64,000 nt of DNA from Candidatus Latescibacterota bacterium (GCA_022827835.1 JAJEIO010000032.1:117748-181747); one strand, 5' to 3'; shown: positions 44,682-54,777, counted from the stretch's first letter. Notes: generated by a model not told the origin, from the letters alone. Made by a program: numbers and translations.

Positions 44682-45773
44682 ATGTATCGCGCCGCAGTTA
44701 TCGGTTTAGGCTGGATGGGCCTGCTCTACGATTTGGCCGCCCGGATCGGAGATCGTTTTGAAATCGACGATATCGACCGGCCCACGCCGCCGTTGGACAT
44801 CCATCGCAAATTTCACCACTACGACCACCCCGGCGACGAGGGCAATCCCACATCGTATGCTGAGGCGCTGTGGGATCGGCCCGAGGTAGAGACGGTCATC
44901 GCTGCCGACCGCGATCCCAAGCGGCTGAAAGTCTATGGCGAGCGCTATGGGATCGAGACGCTCTACGAGGATGCCGAGGCCATGCTGAGAAAGGAGCGGC
45001 CAGAGATTGTCGCGGTGTGTACCAATACCAAATATCGCGCGCATTTTACCTGTCTGGCCGTCGAGTGCGGGGCCAAGGGCATCGTCACGGAAAAGCCGAT
45101 GGTGCATACGCTAGAGGAAGTGGACCGGATGGTGGGTGTCTGCGCCGAGGCGGGGGTGCCTCTGTGTTGCGGGGCGATTACCACGACCCATCCTTCGTTT
45201 GCGCGGGCCAAGGCGCTGCTTGCAGAAGGGGTGATCGGCGAACTGGTGTCGATCGAGGCTCCGGGCGCAGGGGCGCAGCATCAGAACTGGTCTTATTTCC
45301 TCGACGCGCCTCCGGCGTGGGGGGTCGGCACGGGGGATCAGCCGCGGCGGGAGTCGGGCAGCGACGAGTTCGCCGGTCAGGGGATGTTGGTGGCTGCGGA
45401 CGGGACGGTGGTGCATTTCCGCAAGGGAGCACCGGGGGTGCGGTTGTGTGGAGCGCGCGGGGAGATGACTTTCGACTACGGCAAGGGATGGCGGTTGTGG
45501 CAGCAGGTGGAAGGGCCACAGGGGCCGGTAGTGGCGGAGTTGGATTGGCCGCAGCCGCAGTTCAATGTGCCGTATGGGGCGGTGTATTGCGTGGATGATG
45601 TGATGCGGTGTTTGGCCGGGGAGATGGAGGAGCCGAAGAATTCGGGGCGGCGCGTGGGCGTGGCGTTAGAGGTAGAGGTCGCGTTGAAGGTTTCCTCGGC
45701 GCAGGGTGGGGAGCGGGTGGAGTTGCCGTTGCAGGATCGGTCGTTGGGGTTGCATTACGACTGGTTTCGCTAG
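44682..45773 (+). CDS. Gfo/Idh/MocA family oxidoreductase
   Basis: AAGGAG lies 7 nt upstream of ATG 44682. MYRAAVIGLGWMG, GIVTEKPMVHT. Confidence 0.8.
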   Translation: MYRAAVIGLGWMGLLYDLAARIGDRFEIDDIDRPTPPLDIHRKFHHYDHPGDEGNPTSYAEALWDRPEVETVIAADRDPKRLKVYGERYGIETLYEDAEAMLRKERPEIVAVCTNTKYRAHFTCLAVECGAKGIVTEKPMVHTLEEVDRMVGVCAEAGVPLCCGAITTTHPSFARAKALLAEGVIGELVSIEAPGAGAQHQNWSYFLDAPPAWGVGTGDQPRRESGSDEFAGQGMLVAADGTVVHFRKGAPGVRLCGARGEMTFDYGKGWRLWQQVEGPQGPVVAELDWPQPQFNVPYGAVYCVDDVMRCLAGEMEEPKNSGRRVGVALEVEVALKVSSAQGGERVELPLQDRSLGLHYDWFR

Positions 45774-46333
45774 CAGAGGCGCTTGATCTGGAAGTCCTGA
45801 AAGCGGATCCAGTGCTCGGCGTCTTCGGGACCGTTGTAGCACTGGATGCTGACTTGATCGTCGCCGGGCGGAGGCAACTCGCCCCGATCCGCGGTGTGGA
45901 ATTGGTCCTCGCCCTCGGGTCGGTACTGGGCTTCCCAAGAGTCGGCGGTGACGACGAGGCGCAGGCGCACGCTCTGGGTGGGCATGGGTTTGCGGCCGGG
46001 AATAATGTAGAGATCGCCGTCGATCAATTCCTTGACTTGCTTGAAGACAGGTTTGCCGTTTTGGTACCAAGTGATACCAGCCTGTTCGTACTGCTGGATG
46101 GGATGGGTGTGGTTGTACACTGTTACTTCTATGGCCCAAGTTCCTGCGCTGCGATCTGGGGCTGGACGCAAAAGTGCGTTTTGCACGGTAGGGGCCACGC
46201 CCGGTTCGACGCGGATTTCTAGGCCGTCCTGTAAACGCCAGAAGCCGGGATGTTCGCGTAGCCAAGTCCACTCGGGATCGAGGACACCGTCGAAAGTATC
46301 GGAAAAGACGAGTTCTTCACGGGTTGTAGTCAT
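45770..46333 (-). CDS. Concanavalin A-like lectin/glucanase-fold protein (DUF1349-like)
   Basis: FSDTFDGVLDPEWTWLRE...WRLQDGLEI..., YEQAGITWY. 187 aa. Confidence 0.5.
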   Translation of the reverse strand: MTTTREELVFSDTFDGVLDPEWTWLREHPGFWRLQDGLEIRVEPGVAPTVQNALLRPAPDRSAGTWAIEVTVYNHTHPIQQYEQAGITWYQNGKPVFKQVKELIDGDLYIIPGRKPMPTQSVRLRLVVTADSWEAQYRPEGEDQFHTADRGELPPPGDDQVSIQCYNGPEDAEHWIRFQDFQIKRLC

Positions 46334-46595
46334 GTTTACTCCTTCGGTTTTCGCTTGTGTAATCCAGAAAATTGGGGGCCGTAACGGCCTTATTATCTAT
46401 GGAGCCTGACGCGCGGTGTCAATAAGGGTTTGGATGATCCTTGCTCTAGCTCCATTGGCGGGATACAGTATAGGCGCAAACTTTACCACGAGGTGTCCCG
46501 TGACCGATGGAGGGAAATTCCGCTTTGATCGGACCGGCTTTTAGCGCGGCCATTGGGATGTTTCTTGTAATAAAAAAGAGTTGAGCGAGGTATTT

Positions 46596-48026
46596 ATGGA
46601 TGCACTAAAGGCGAATGCGGCGCGAGTCGAGATCACCCCTGATCGGGATATATCCCTCGCGGGCGAAGTAGGTTGGTTCCGACCCGGCAAGTACGTGGAT
46701 TCCCCGTTGTATGCGCGCGCGTTGGTGCTAGCCAGCGGCGACACCAAGCTGTGTTTCATCAGCTTGGACGTTACTATTGTTACCGAAGCGGTGTCGGCGC
46801 GTATCCGGGAGGCAATCGCGCGCGATCAGGGCATTCCACCCGAGGCGGTGATGGTACATGCCACGCAGGTACACGCGGCTCCTGCGCTTGGTGTCTTCAT
46901 GTTCGACCGCGATTTCCCGCCGGTGACGGACGAACTTGAGTGGCTGGCGGGGGGCGTGCGTGCCTATGAAGACTACGCCGTTGACAAGATTCTCACCGCC
47001 GTGCGGGAGGCTGCCGCAGATCTTCAGCCTGCGCGGCTGCGAGCCGGTAGTGGGATCGAGGGGCGCATCCAGTTCAACCGCAGGGCCATTACGGACGATG
47101 GCACGGCGCGTATGCCCGGTCCTTCCTGGCCGCAGCCTCTGGGGCCTACCTACATCCGCTATCTCGAAGGCCCGACCGATCCCGAAGTAGGTGTTCTCTG
47201 CGTGCAGAGTCTCTCCGCACGACCGATTGCGCTGATTCTGCACCATACAGGGCATCCGGTAAACGTGTTTCCACAGGCCGTCATCTCAGCGGACTGGCCC
47301 GGTGCTTGGGCAGAGGAAGTGGAGCGGCTGTTCCCAGGTTGCGTGGCGCTGGTGGCGAACGGATGCTGTGGCAATATCAATCCCTGGAATCCCTTCGACC
47401 CCGACTACCGGCCCGATCATCGCCGCATGGGCCGCATGCTGGCCGAGGTTACCCGGCGCGTGCTGGAACACAGCGACCTAGACGAATCGAGTGAACTCAA
47501 TGTGGTGGGGACGCGGCTGCCCATACCCATTCGCGCGGTTGAAACCGAAACCTTGAGAAAAGCGCAGCAGGTGCTGGAGGAGAACCCGCAACCGGTGTGG
47601 AACGAAAGCAGGGCCTATCGGGGCTACGAGGGCGGCTCACCCGTCTCGCCGGGGACGAAAGTAGTGGACAGCGAGTGGATTCAGTCGGCCTCCATCATCA
47701 GCGTTGATCTCCAGCGCCGCCGCGAGCGGGATCTGAGCTATGAGATTCAGTTAATGCGCCTAGGCAGCACCGCTCTGGTGGGGCTCGCCGGGGAACCCTT
47801 CGTCGAGGGGCAACTGCAGATCAAGATGGCATCTCCGGCCGCGACGACCTTAGTGGCCCACTGCTGTAACATGTACTGCGGTTACTTGCCGATACCGGAC
47901 GCCTTTCAGCGCGGGGGGCACGAGGTGGAGACCCGCTACTGGACCAAGCTCGTACCGGAAGCTCTTGGGATGGTGGTTGGGGAGACCGGCCGACTGTTGG
48001 ACCGGGCCTTTGTAAGGCGCTCATAG
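46596..48026 (+). CDS. Neutral/alkaline ceramidase-like N-terminal domain protein (hydrolase, uncertain)
   Basis: ORF 46581..48026. ATG 46596 has GAGG 6 nt upstream. ARVEITPDRDISLAG...SPLYARALVL. Confidence 0.45.
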   Translation: MDALKANAARVEITPDRDISLAGEVGWFRPGKYVDSPLYARALVLASGDTKLCFISLDVTIVTEAVSARIREAIARDQGIPPEAVMVHATQVHAAPALGVFMFDRDFPPVTDELEWLAGGVRAYEDYAVDKILTAVREAAADLQPARLRAGSGIEGRIQFNRRAITDDGTARMPGPSWPQPLGPTYIRYLEGPTDPEVGVLCVQSLSARPIALILHHTGHPVNVFPQAVISADWPGAWAEEVERLFPGCVALVANGCCGNINPWNPFDPDYRPDHRRMGRMLAEVTRRVLEHSDLDESSELNVVGTRLPIPIRAVETETLRKAQQVLEENPQPVWNESRAYRGYEGGSPVSPGTKVVDSEWIQSASIISVDLQRRRERDLSYEIQLMRLGSTALVGLAGEPFVEGQLQIKMASPAATTLVAHCCNMYCGYLPIPDAFQRGGHEVETRYWTKLVPEALGMVVGETGRLLDRAFVRRS

Positions 48027-48075
48027 ACACCTCAACAATAGGTGTCGTATTCGTTTCCCACCAAGGAGTAACTCC

Positions 48076-49518
48076 ATGTTAGATATAGGCGACAGGAAGC
48101 AGCTTTTTATCGACGAGCGGTTATTTGCCGAGTGCGAGGGGATCGCGCTGCAAATGGGGACGCCGGTGCAGCACTTAGAGCCGGTGTTACAGCCGGATCG
48201 GGCGTGGGAGGAGTGGGGTATTGGGGCGTACAACACGGTGTGGCGGGAGGCGGATGGTCAGTGGCGGATGTGGTACGACGCGACTATGGAGACGGGGTTG
48301 CCGATGGAGGGGGCGCGGCGGCTGGGATACGCAGAATCCGCGGATGGGTTGCACTGGGAAAAGCCAGTGCTGGGCCTAGTGGAATTTCGCGGCAGCCGGG
48401 ACAACAATATCGTCGCGCCGTTGGTCGAGCAGCAGAGCATGCAGGGGGCGACTGTGTTGCGCGACGAGCGGGCGGCAGCCGAGGAACGCTACAAGTTGTG
48501 GACCAAGTTCCAGCCGACCGATGAGGAGCGGGCGCAGGGCGTCGAGCCGGGGCTATGGGCGATGCACTCGACCGATGGGCTGCACTGGCAGTACTATCCA
48601 GACCAGCCGAATCCGCCGCGGACGATGTGCGACACGCAGAATATGTTTTTCTGGGACGACCGGCTTGAACTGTACGTGGGCTATACGCGGGTTAGGGAGA
48701 CCCAGCACTTGTCCGAAGCAGCCGAGGGCAAGGGCTCGTACCGCTGCGTTGGGCGGATAACTTCGCCCGATTTTAGGCATTGGTCCGCCCAGGAGATCGT
48801 CTTTGAGGCAGATGAGGAGGATTTGCAGATCCCGGTGCCGTTCCAGCGCGACGATCCTCGGCCCAATATTGACTTCTACACCAGTTGTGCTACCAAGTAC
48901 GATGCGGCGCAGGATGCCTATTTCATGCTTCCGGCGGCGTATTATCACTGGGGCGAGGACGACTTTCCGGCGACCATGGACGTGCAGTTACTCAGCAGCC
49001 GCGACGGGATTAGCTGGCAGCGGCAGGGGGAGCGCCGGGCCTTTTTGCGCCAGGGCTGGGACGGCGGATTGTTGAGCGGGATGCTGTTTGCCAATCCGTG
49101 GTTTATTCCGGTGGGAGACGAGCTGTGGCTCTATTACAATGGCACGGCGCGGCGGCACGGCGGTAGGGAGGACCAGCAGCAAGCGCGAGCGAGCGGGATT
49201 TTTCGCGCCTCGTTGCGGCTAGATGGGTTTGTGGCGGCGGAGGCGGGCTATGGCGGTGGGGCTTTTACGACGCCGCTGTTGCAGTTTGCCGGCGAGCGGT
49301 TGGTGCTGAACTTTGATGGCGGGGCCGGAGGGTGGCTGCGGGTGGAAGTGCTCGATGAAAGCGGGCAAGTGGTGCAAGCGTCTGAGGCGGTGATGGGCAA
49401 TGGGGTGTGCAAGGAGGTGAGTTGGCAAGAGCCTATTGGGAAGCTAGCGGGCACGCCGATGCGGCTGCGCTTTGAGATGCGAGACGCGCGGCTCTACGCA
49501 TTGCAGTTTTTGCGTTGA
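48076..49518 (+). CDS. Predicted glycoside-hydrolase-like beta-propeller protein, paralogue of 7327..8784
   Basis: See 7327..8784. LFIDERLF, YAESADGLHWEKPVLGLVEFRGSRDNNI, SRDGISWQR. Confidence 0.5.
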   Translation: MLDIGDRKQLFIDERLFAECEGIALQMGTPVQHLEPVLQPDRAWEEWGIGAYNTVWREADGQWRMWYDATMETGLPMEGARRLGYAESADGLHWEKPVLGLVEFRGSRDNNIVAPLVEQQSMQGATVLRDERAAAEERYKLWTKFQPTDEERAQGVEPGLWAMHSTDGLHWQYYPDQPNPPRTMCDTQNMFFWDDRLELYVGYTRVRETQHLSEAAEGKGSYRCVGRITSPDFRHWSAQEIVFEADEEDLQIPVPFQRDDPRPNIDFYTSCATKYDAAQDAYFMLPAAYYHWGEDDFPATMDVQLLSSRDGISWQRQGERRAFLRQGWDGGLLSGMLFANPWFIPVGDELWLYYNGTARRHGGREDQQQARASGIFRASLRLDGFVAAEAGYGGGAFTTPLLQFAGERLVLNFDGGAGGWLRVEVLDESGQVVQASEAVMGNGVCKEVSWQEPIGKLAGTPMRLRFEMRDARLYALQFLR

Positions 49519-49564
49519 CCGGGGAGACCTTATTGGGGTTATTTAAGTGACAGAGGAGACTATC

Positions 49565-49795
49565 ATGCAGATCATTCGCGTAAAGACCAAAAGGGAAGCA
49601 CTTCGTGAAGTTCAGCGGCGCAGGAGTACGCCGGAAGGAGCGGGATTGATTTATAAAATTGTCGAATCGCGCTTTGGCAACGGGTTTAAAATCGTGGCCA
49701 TGGATCCGGATATGTACGTGGATATGCTGACGGGCGAGTTGCCGACCATTCCCCAACTCAGAGGCCGCTCCCCGATGGGCAGAGTGGGGACCTGA
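49565..49795 (+). CDS. Small hypothetical protein (76 aa)
   Basis: GAGGAG lies 6 nt upstream of ATG 49565 (the track ORF starts at GTG 49547). Its stop overlaps the next start (TGATG). The region is AT-richer. Confidence 0.5.
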   Translation: MQIIRVKTKREALREVQRRRSTPEGAGLIYKIVESRFGNGFKIVAMDPDMYVDMLTGELPTIPQLRGRSPMGRVGT

Positions 49796-50229
49796 TGGTT
49801 TCGCAACCTGACGAGACTGGCGACGATGGCAAGAAGCAAGAGGTCGTTTCTGCCGATGACAGACAACATGAGATTGCTGGCGAACTGATTGAACTCCAGC
49901 GCGAACGGAACGAACTCCAGCGCGAACGGAACGAGCTTGCTAGAGGTTATTTGGAACTTAGCCAACAAGAGACCCAACTTGATTACGATTTGGCCGTCAA
50001 AGAGCTAGAGATAGAAGACGAACAGAACAAGAGAGCACACCGACTGATGTGGTTGATCGGCGGCGGTTTTGCGCTCGTATTATTTCTGCTGCTGTACATG
50101 GTGTTCTATGGAAGCGAGGCCCAAGCTGGTAAGGCTGAGAAACTACTAATCGGGATAATTTTATTACTGGGTGGTGCCTCTTTGCGTGATTTGATGGGTA
50201 GAGTTCAAAAACGCCTCAGCAATCGCTAA
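49795..50229 (+). CDS. Coiled-coil protein with two C-terminal TM helices
   Basis: ELIELQRERNELQRERNELARGYLELSQQE..., followed by LMWLIGGGFALVLFLLLYMVFYG and LLIGIILLLGGASL. Confidence 0.55.
   Translation: MVSQPDETGDDGKKQEVVSADDRQHEIAGELIELQRERNELQRERNELARGYLELSQQETQLDYDLAVKELEIEDEQNKRAHRLMWLIGGGFALVLFLLLYMVFYGSEAQAGKAEKLLIGIILLLGGASLRDLMGRVQKRLSNR
49891..49932 (+). repeat. Perfect 2 x 21-bp tandem repeat (gaactccagcgcgaacggaac)
   Basis: Read directly from the sequence. It encodes ELQRERN twice. Confidence 0.95.
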
Positions 50230-50332
50230 TTCCCGAAAATTTTTATTCCCCCCATTGGCGTCCGTTTCTCATGGAGCGGGCTGCCGCTGGGGGTTATTTT
50301 TTGTCAGCGCACCTACGAGAAAGGGACGCAAA

Positions 50333-51157
50333 ATGAAGCTAGGGATTTTCCACAAGGTTTTTGAGCGGCCGACGCTGGAGGAGAGCCTCGATGGGGTGCA
50401 GGCCGCTAGTTTGGAGGCCGTGCAGCTCGATTTGACGGCTGCGGGCATTGATCCGGCGGCGATGACGGACGCCGATTGCGAGCGGATTCGCGCTGCACAC
50501 GCAACGCGCGGCATTGAGATTGCCGCGCTGTCGGGGACTTTCAACATCATTGACCCCGACTTGGAAAAGCGCCGTGCTGGAATGCAATGGCTCGCCGCTC
50601 TAGCTGCTGCGAGCGGCAAGTTGGGGATGGAACTGATCACTTCCTGCACGGGGACACGCAATCCCGACTGGCTGTGGGGCGGGCATCCAGACAACAGCAC
50701 GCCGGCTGCATGGGCCGAGATGGTCGCGGCTATGGGAGAAGCTGTGGAGATTGCCGAGGCGCGAGGTGCGACTTTGGTCTTTGAGCCGGAGGTCAACAAT
50801 GTGGTGGATTCGGCGCAGAAGGCGCGGCGCTTGCTCGACGAGGTGCAGTCTAAGCATTTGCAGGTGGTTATCGACGGAGCCAACCTGTTCCACGCTGGTC
50901 AGCTACCGAGGATGCGCGAGGTCTTAGACGAGGCATTCGATCTGCTCGGGGATTCGATTCGGCTGGCTCACGCCAAGGACTTGGAACAGGACGGCGACGT
51001 CGGGCACCAAGCCGCGGGCACAGGGCTGCTCGACTACGATCACTACTTGGCGTGCTTGCGGCAGATAGGTTTTGACGGTTCGTTGATATTGCACAGCCTA
51101 GAGGAAGAACAGGTAGCGGCGTCAGCGGCTTTTGTGCGCGGGCGCATGAATACTTGA
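50333..51157 (+). CDS. Sugar phosphate isomerase/epimerase (xylose isomerase-like TIM barrel)
   Basis: ORF 50255..51157. ATG 50333 gives MKLGIFHKVF... LVFEPEVNNV, IRLAHAKD. Confidence 0.75.
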   Translation: MKLGIFHKVFERPTLEESLDGVQAASLEAVQLDLTAAGIDPAAMTDADCERIRAAHATRGIEIAALSGTFNIIDPDLEKRRAGMQWLAALAAASGKLGMELITSCTGTRNPDWLWGGHPDNSTPAAWAEMVAAMGEAVEIAEARGATLVFEPEVNNVVDSAQKARRLLDEVQSKHLQVVIDGANLFHAGQLPRMREVLDEAFDLLGDSIRLAHAKDLEQDGDVGHQAAGTGLLDYDHYLACLRQIGFDGSLILHSLEEEQVAASAAFVRGRMNT

Positions 51158-51171
51158 GAAAGGAACGAGAG

Positions 51172-52200
51172 ATGTCTGAAGGCAAGTTGCGCGCGGCCGT
51201 TATTGGCGCTGGCGTGGGTGGAGGGCATGGATACGCATACGCCCGCGCCCCGGAATACGAATTCGCGGCGGTCTGCGACATAAACCCGGAGGTGTGGGCG
51301 CGCTTTTACGAGCGGGCTGAGATTGAGCGAGGATTCGTCGCCGAATACGCGGATTATCGCGAGATGTTGGCGCAGGAGCGCCTCGACGTGGTGAGCGTGG
51401 CCACCCCAGATCACCTCCACGCAGACCCGGTTTGCGATGCGGTGGCCGCAGGTGTGCGCGGCATTTTCTGCGAGAAGCCGCTGGCGACCACTGCGGAGGA
51501 TGCCGATCGCATCATCGACGCGCTCGCCCGCCACAACGCGGTGTTGTCGGTAGATCACACGCGCAGTTGGCTGCCTTCCTATCAGGCTGTGCGTACAGCC
51601 ATTCGCAGCGGTGAGATCGGCAGCCTGACGAGGATTGTGGCCCACTTAGGCGGTCGTCGCGCCATGCTCTTTCGCAATGGGACGCACTTGGTGGATGCGG
51701 TGTGCTTTTTTGCGGACGCCGAGCCGGTGTGGGTGATCGCCGCGCACGAGCGCGGGTTTGAAGACTACGGCCCGGTGTACGATGGCCGGGGCGGCAGGGA
51801 TCCACAATTCGATCCTGGATCGACGATCATCGTGGAGTTTGCCAATGGGGTGCGCGGGCTGATCAATTGCGCCAAGCGGACGCCGCAGATGTTCGAGTTG
51901 GACCTACAGGGCACGGACGGTCGCTTCTGGGTGACCGATCAGCAGTGCATGGCTTGGAAGACCGACACCTCTGAGGGGACGCCCGAGGCGGTGTCGCCGC
52001 CGCCGGGCCGGGGATATGCCAGTCCGTTTGGTGCGAACTTGATTCCGGCTGTGCAGGAGCTGGCGCAAGCGATACAGGGCGAGGCAGTTAGCTCGTCACC
52101 GGCGGTGCGCGGCCGCCACGTGCTGGAGATTATGGTAGCTGCGCTGTGGTCGCAGGCTGAGGGGAGTGCGAAGGTGGAACTGCCGCTGCCGAGGGGTTGA
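51172..52200 (+). CDS. Gfo/Idh/MocA family oxidoreductase
   Basis: ORF 51154..52200. ATG 51172 preferred. LRAAVIGAGVGGGHG, GIFCEKPLATT. Close paralogue of the 29148..30134 gene. Confidence 0.85.
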   Translation: MSEGKLRAAVIGAGVGGGHGYAYARAPEYEFAAVCDINPEVWARFYERAEIERGFVAEYADYREMLAQERLDVVSVATPDHLHADPVCDAVAAGVRGIFCEKPLATTAEDADRIIDALARHNAVLSVDHTRSWLPSYQAVRTAIRSGEIGSLTRIVAHLGGRRAMLFRNGTHLVDAVCFFADAEPVWVIAAHERGFEDYGPVYDGRGGRDPQFDPGSTIIVEFANGVRGLINCAKRTPQMFELDLQGTDGRFWVTDQQCMAWKTDTSEGTPEAVSPPPGRGYASPFGANLIPAVQELAQAIQGEAVSSSPAVRGRHVLEIMVAALWSQAEGSAKVELPLPRG

Positions 52201-52304
52201 CGAACGCTACGCAACCTCGCAGTGGGAAACATAAAAAACAGGGGTTATTGGCGGGTGTGGCAGGCGGAGCAATCCGCTGGATCGCGGTAATTATGCAATA
52301 AAAA

Positions 52305-52331
52305 GCTCCGCCGAGTAACTCTCGACGGAGC
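52305..52331 (-). terminator. Intrinsic terminator-like hairpin downstream of the GYD gene
   Basis: gctccgccgag / ctcgacggagc (11-bp stem, 1 mismatch, 5-nt loop). On the minus strand it is followed by TTTTTATTGC. Confidence 0.55.
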
Positions 52332-52369
52332 CTGCGCATTACACGGCACGAGCCGGAGGGACCGGCGTA

Positions 52370-52690
52370 TCAAGCTCCCGGGGGCCGGTAGGGCACGCTT
52401 TTCCCGATGGCCTCGTCTATGGTTTCCGGCGTGACCAGTACGGTAACGCTAATGTCTAGCGCGCCGGCGTTGCCGATGACCATGGACACGGCTGCGGCCG
52501 TAGCGTCGTCGGGAAGATCGGCAATTATGTAGAGATCCGGATCTCCGAAGGCGTAGTAAAGCGCTTCCACACTGCCACCCATTCCCTCAATGGTCTGAGT
52601 TAATGCCTCCCGTCGCCGCGTGCCGCCTTCTTTCAGCAGACCAGCAAGCCCAGCTTGCGTGTACGTCGAGCGAAACATGTACTTACCCAT
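52370..52690 (-). CDS. GYD domain protein
   Basis: MGKYMFRSTYTQAGLAGLLKEGG..., GDPDLYIIADLPDD. 106 aa. Confidence 0.8.
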   Translation of the reverse strand: MGKYMFRSTYTQAGLAGLLKEGGTRRREALTQTIEGMGGSVEALYYAFGDPDLYIIADLPDDATAAAVSMVIGNAGALDISVTVLVTPETIDEAIGKSVPYRPPGA

Positions 52691-52836
52691 TAGCTTCCAT
52701 CCTTTCTATTGAAAAGTGGACTAGGAATGTAAATGGCTATTCAACAGTACGCAGCATTGGAACTTGGGGCAAACTAAAACGACGACCTTTTTGCCGTGTC
52801 CTGTGCTATGGCAGAGTGAGGGAGCTAGAGTAGCCT

Positions 52837-54777
52837 TCACTCCGGCAGCGCCAGCGCCAAAAGCTGCGGCACCCAGTTGTCGCTGTTGATTGGAAATACG
52901 ATATACTGACGCCCTTCGGCCATATAGCTGATGGGACTGCCGTTGGGGTTGCCGGGGAATTCCATCTCGGCCAGCACTGCGCCTGTATCTAGATCGAAGG
53001 CGCGCAGGTAAGGACCATTCTCGACAAAGGCGTCGCCGCTGACGTCTCCCCACCATCCGGGCCGTTGCGAGACCACCACCAGCACGGTCTCGGTGGCGAG
53101 TATGAAGTTGTAGTGGAACCAGCCCATAGCGGGCAGGTCGAGGTCGCGCAGGGTTTTGTGGTTGATGGGTCCTTTGCCCACCGGATTCATCCAGACGTGC
53201 TCGCCAGTGTCCAAGTCGATGGCGGTGATCCGGCCGTAGGGAGGTTTGGTCAGCGGTAGGCCATCGACGTGTTCGGAGTCGTCCTTAAAGAAGGCGTAGT
53301 CCGAAAAGGTGCGCAGGCCCTCCACTTTTTCCAGCCGCACGATGTCGGGACGGGTGCGCGAGGGGACGTAGAGTACGTTCTTTTTTGGCACTAGCGCCGC
53401 GCCGCTCCAATCCGAGCCGCCCAAGCCTCCAGGCAATACCAGTGTGCCCTTTTCGCTAGGTGGGGTGAACAGCGGGCCGTGCTCGTATTTTTGCAGGATC
53501 GCCAGCGCCTTTTCTCGCAGCTCGGGCGTAAAGTCGATCAGGTCGTCTTCTTGTAGCCCCTGGCGGTCGTAGGGCGCGGGCTTGCTGGGGAAGGGCTGGG
53601 TCGGCCAGCTCTGCTCGCCTGGAGTTTGCGACTGGGGCACCTCGCGCTCTTGGATGGGCCAGACTGGCTCGCCGGTCGTGCGGTCTAAGACGTAGCAGAA
53701 GGCCTGTTTGCTCACTAGGGCCAGGGCCTTGATCGCTTTGCCTTGTACCTCGATATCGGCCAAGACCGGCGGTGCTGGCGGGTCGTAGTTCCACAGGCCG
53801 TGGTGGATGAGTTGGTAGTGCCAGACGCGCTCGCCGGTTGCCGCCTTGAGGCAGACCAGCGTCTGGCTGAAGAGGTTGGCACCGGGGCGCTCGCCGCCGT
53901 AGTGGTTGTGGGTGGTGCTGCTGACGGGCAGGTACACGTAGCCTAACTCGTCGTCGGCGCTCATTGCGGACCACACATTGGCTTGGCCATAGGTCTGATA
54001 GGCGTCGTTTTCCCAAGTGTCGTTGCCGTACTCGCCCTCCTGCGGCACCGTCTGGAAGATCCACACCTGTTCGCCGGTGTGGGCGTCGAAGCCGCGCACG
54101 TCGCCGGGGGTGGAGTACTTGGCGGGAGGCCGGTCGTGCCAGTCGGTGATGCCTGAACCCACTACTACCACGTCGCGGCAGATGATCGGTGGTGCGGTGA
54201 TGCAGTAGCGGCTGCGGTCGATGCGGCGGCGCAGCCCCTTGCCTAGATCGACGAAGCCGCCCGCACCGAACTCTGGGTCGGGCTGGCCGGTCTTGATGTC
54301 GATTGAGTAGAGGCGGTCGGAAGCCGTGCCGTAGAAGATGCGCTTCTTGTCGCCGCTTTCCCAGTAGGCGATGCCGCGCGCAAAGCCCCAGAAATCGCCT
54401 CGATCCTTCCACGACTGCGGATCGAAGGTCCACAGTTCCTCGCCGCTTGTCGGGTCGATGGCGCTGAGGATGTTGAACGGCGATCCATAGTAGAGCACGC
54501 CGTCGATGACCAGCGGTGTGCCCTTGTTCCACCAATTCCACAAATCCTCGGCCGCGGCGATTGCGCTGTCCGGGACTGTGTAGCGCCAAACCTCCTGCAA
54601 CTGGGCGAAGTTGTCGCCGTCAATCTGGGACAGGGGTGCGTATTTGCTGCTGTTGGCGTCGGCCGCGTAATAGGGCCATTCCTCGCCTCGGGTTGCTCCG
54701 GCGGCAAGGATCAGCAACGCGCCGACGAACAATCGTGTCTGGTGCATGGGTTGGGTCTTTCTCGCTGTAAAGTTCAT
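52837..54777 (-). CDS. PQQ-dependent dehydrogenase (quinoprotein glucose/alcohol dehydrogenase family beta-propeller)
   Basis: EWPYYAADANSSKYAPLSQIDGDNFAQLQEVWRY, FDAHTGEQVWIF, repeated W-containing blades. The start overlaps the upstream stop (ATGA). Confidence 0.8.
   Translation of the reverse strand: MNFTARKTQPMHQTRLFVGALLILAAGATRGEEWPYYAADANSSKYAPLSQIDGDNFAQLQEVWRYTVPDSAIAAAEDLWNWWNKGTPLVIDGVLYYGSPFNILSAIDPTSGEELWTFDPQSWKDRGDFWGFARGIAYWESGDKKRIFYGTASDRLYSIDIKTGQPDPEFGAGGFVDLGKGLRRRIDRSRYCITAPPIICRDVVVVGSGITDWHDRPPAKYSTPGDVRGFDAHTGEQVWIFQTVPQEGEYGNDTWENDAYQTYGQANVWSAMSADDELGYVYLPVSSTTHNHYGGERPGANLFSQTLVCLKAATGERVWHYQLIHHGLWNYDPPAPPVLADIEVQGKAIKALALVSKQAFCYVLDRTTGEPVWPIQEREVPQSQTPGEQSWPTQPFPSKPAPYDRQGLQEDDLIDFTPELREKALAILQKYEHGPLFTPPSEKGTLVLPGGLGGSDWSGAALVPKKNVLYVPSRTRPDIVRLEKVEGLRTFSDYAFFKDDSEHVDGLPLTKPPYGRITAIDLDTGEHVWMNPVGKGPINHKTLRDLDLPAMGWFHYNFILATETVLVVVSQRPGWWGDVSGDAFVENGPYLRAFDLDTGAVLAEMEFPGNPNGSPISYMAEGRQYIVFPINSDNWVPQLLALALPE

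Noticed and set aside
53456-54589. 377-aa Arg/Pro-rich ORF in another frame of the PQQ dehydrogenase gene
   Set aside because: It is an out-of-frame overlap. The PQQ frame has the propeller repeats and translational coupling to the upstream gene.
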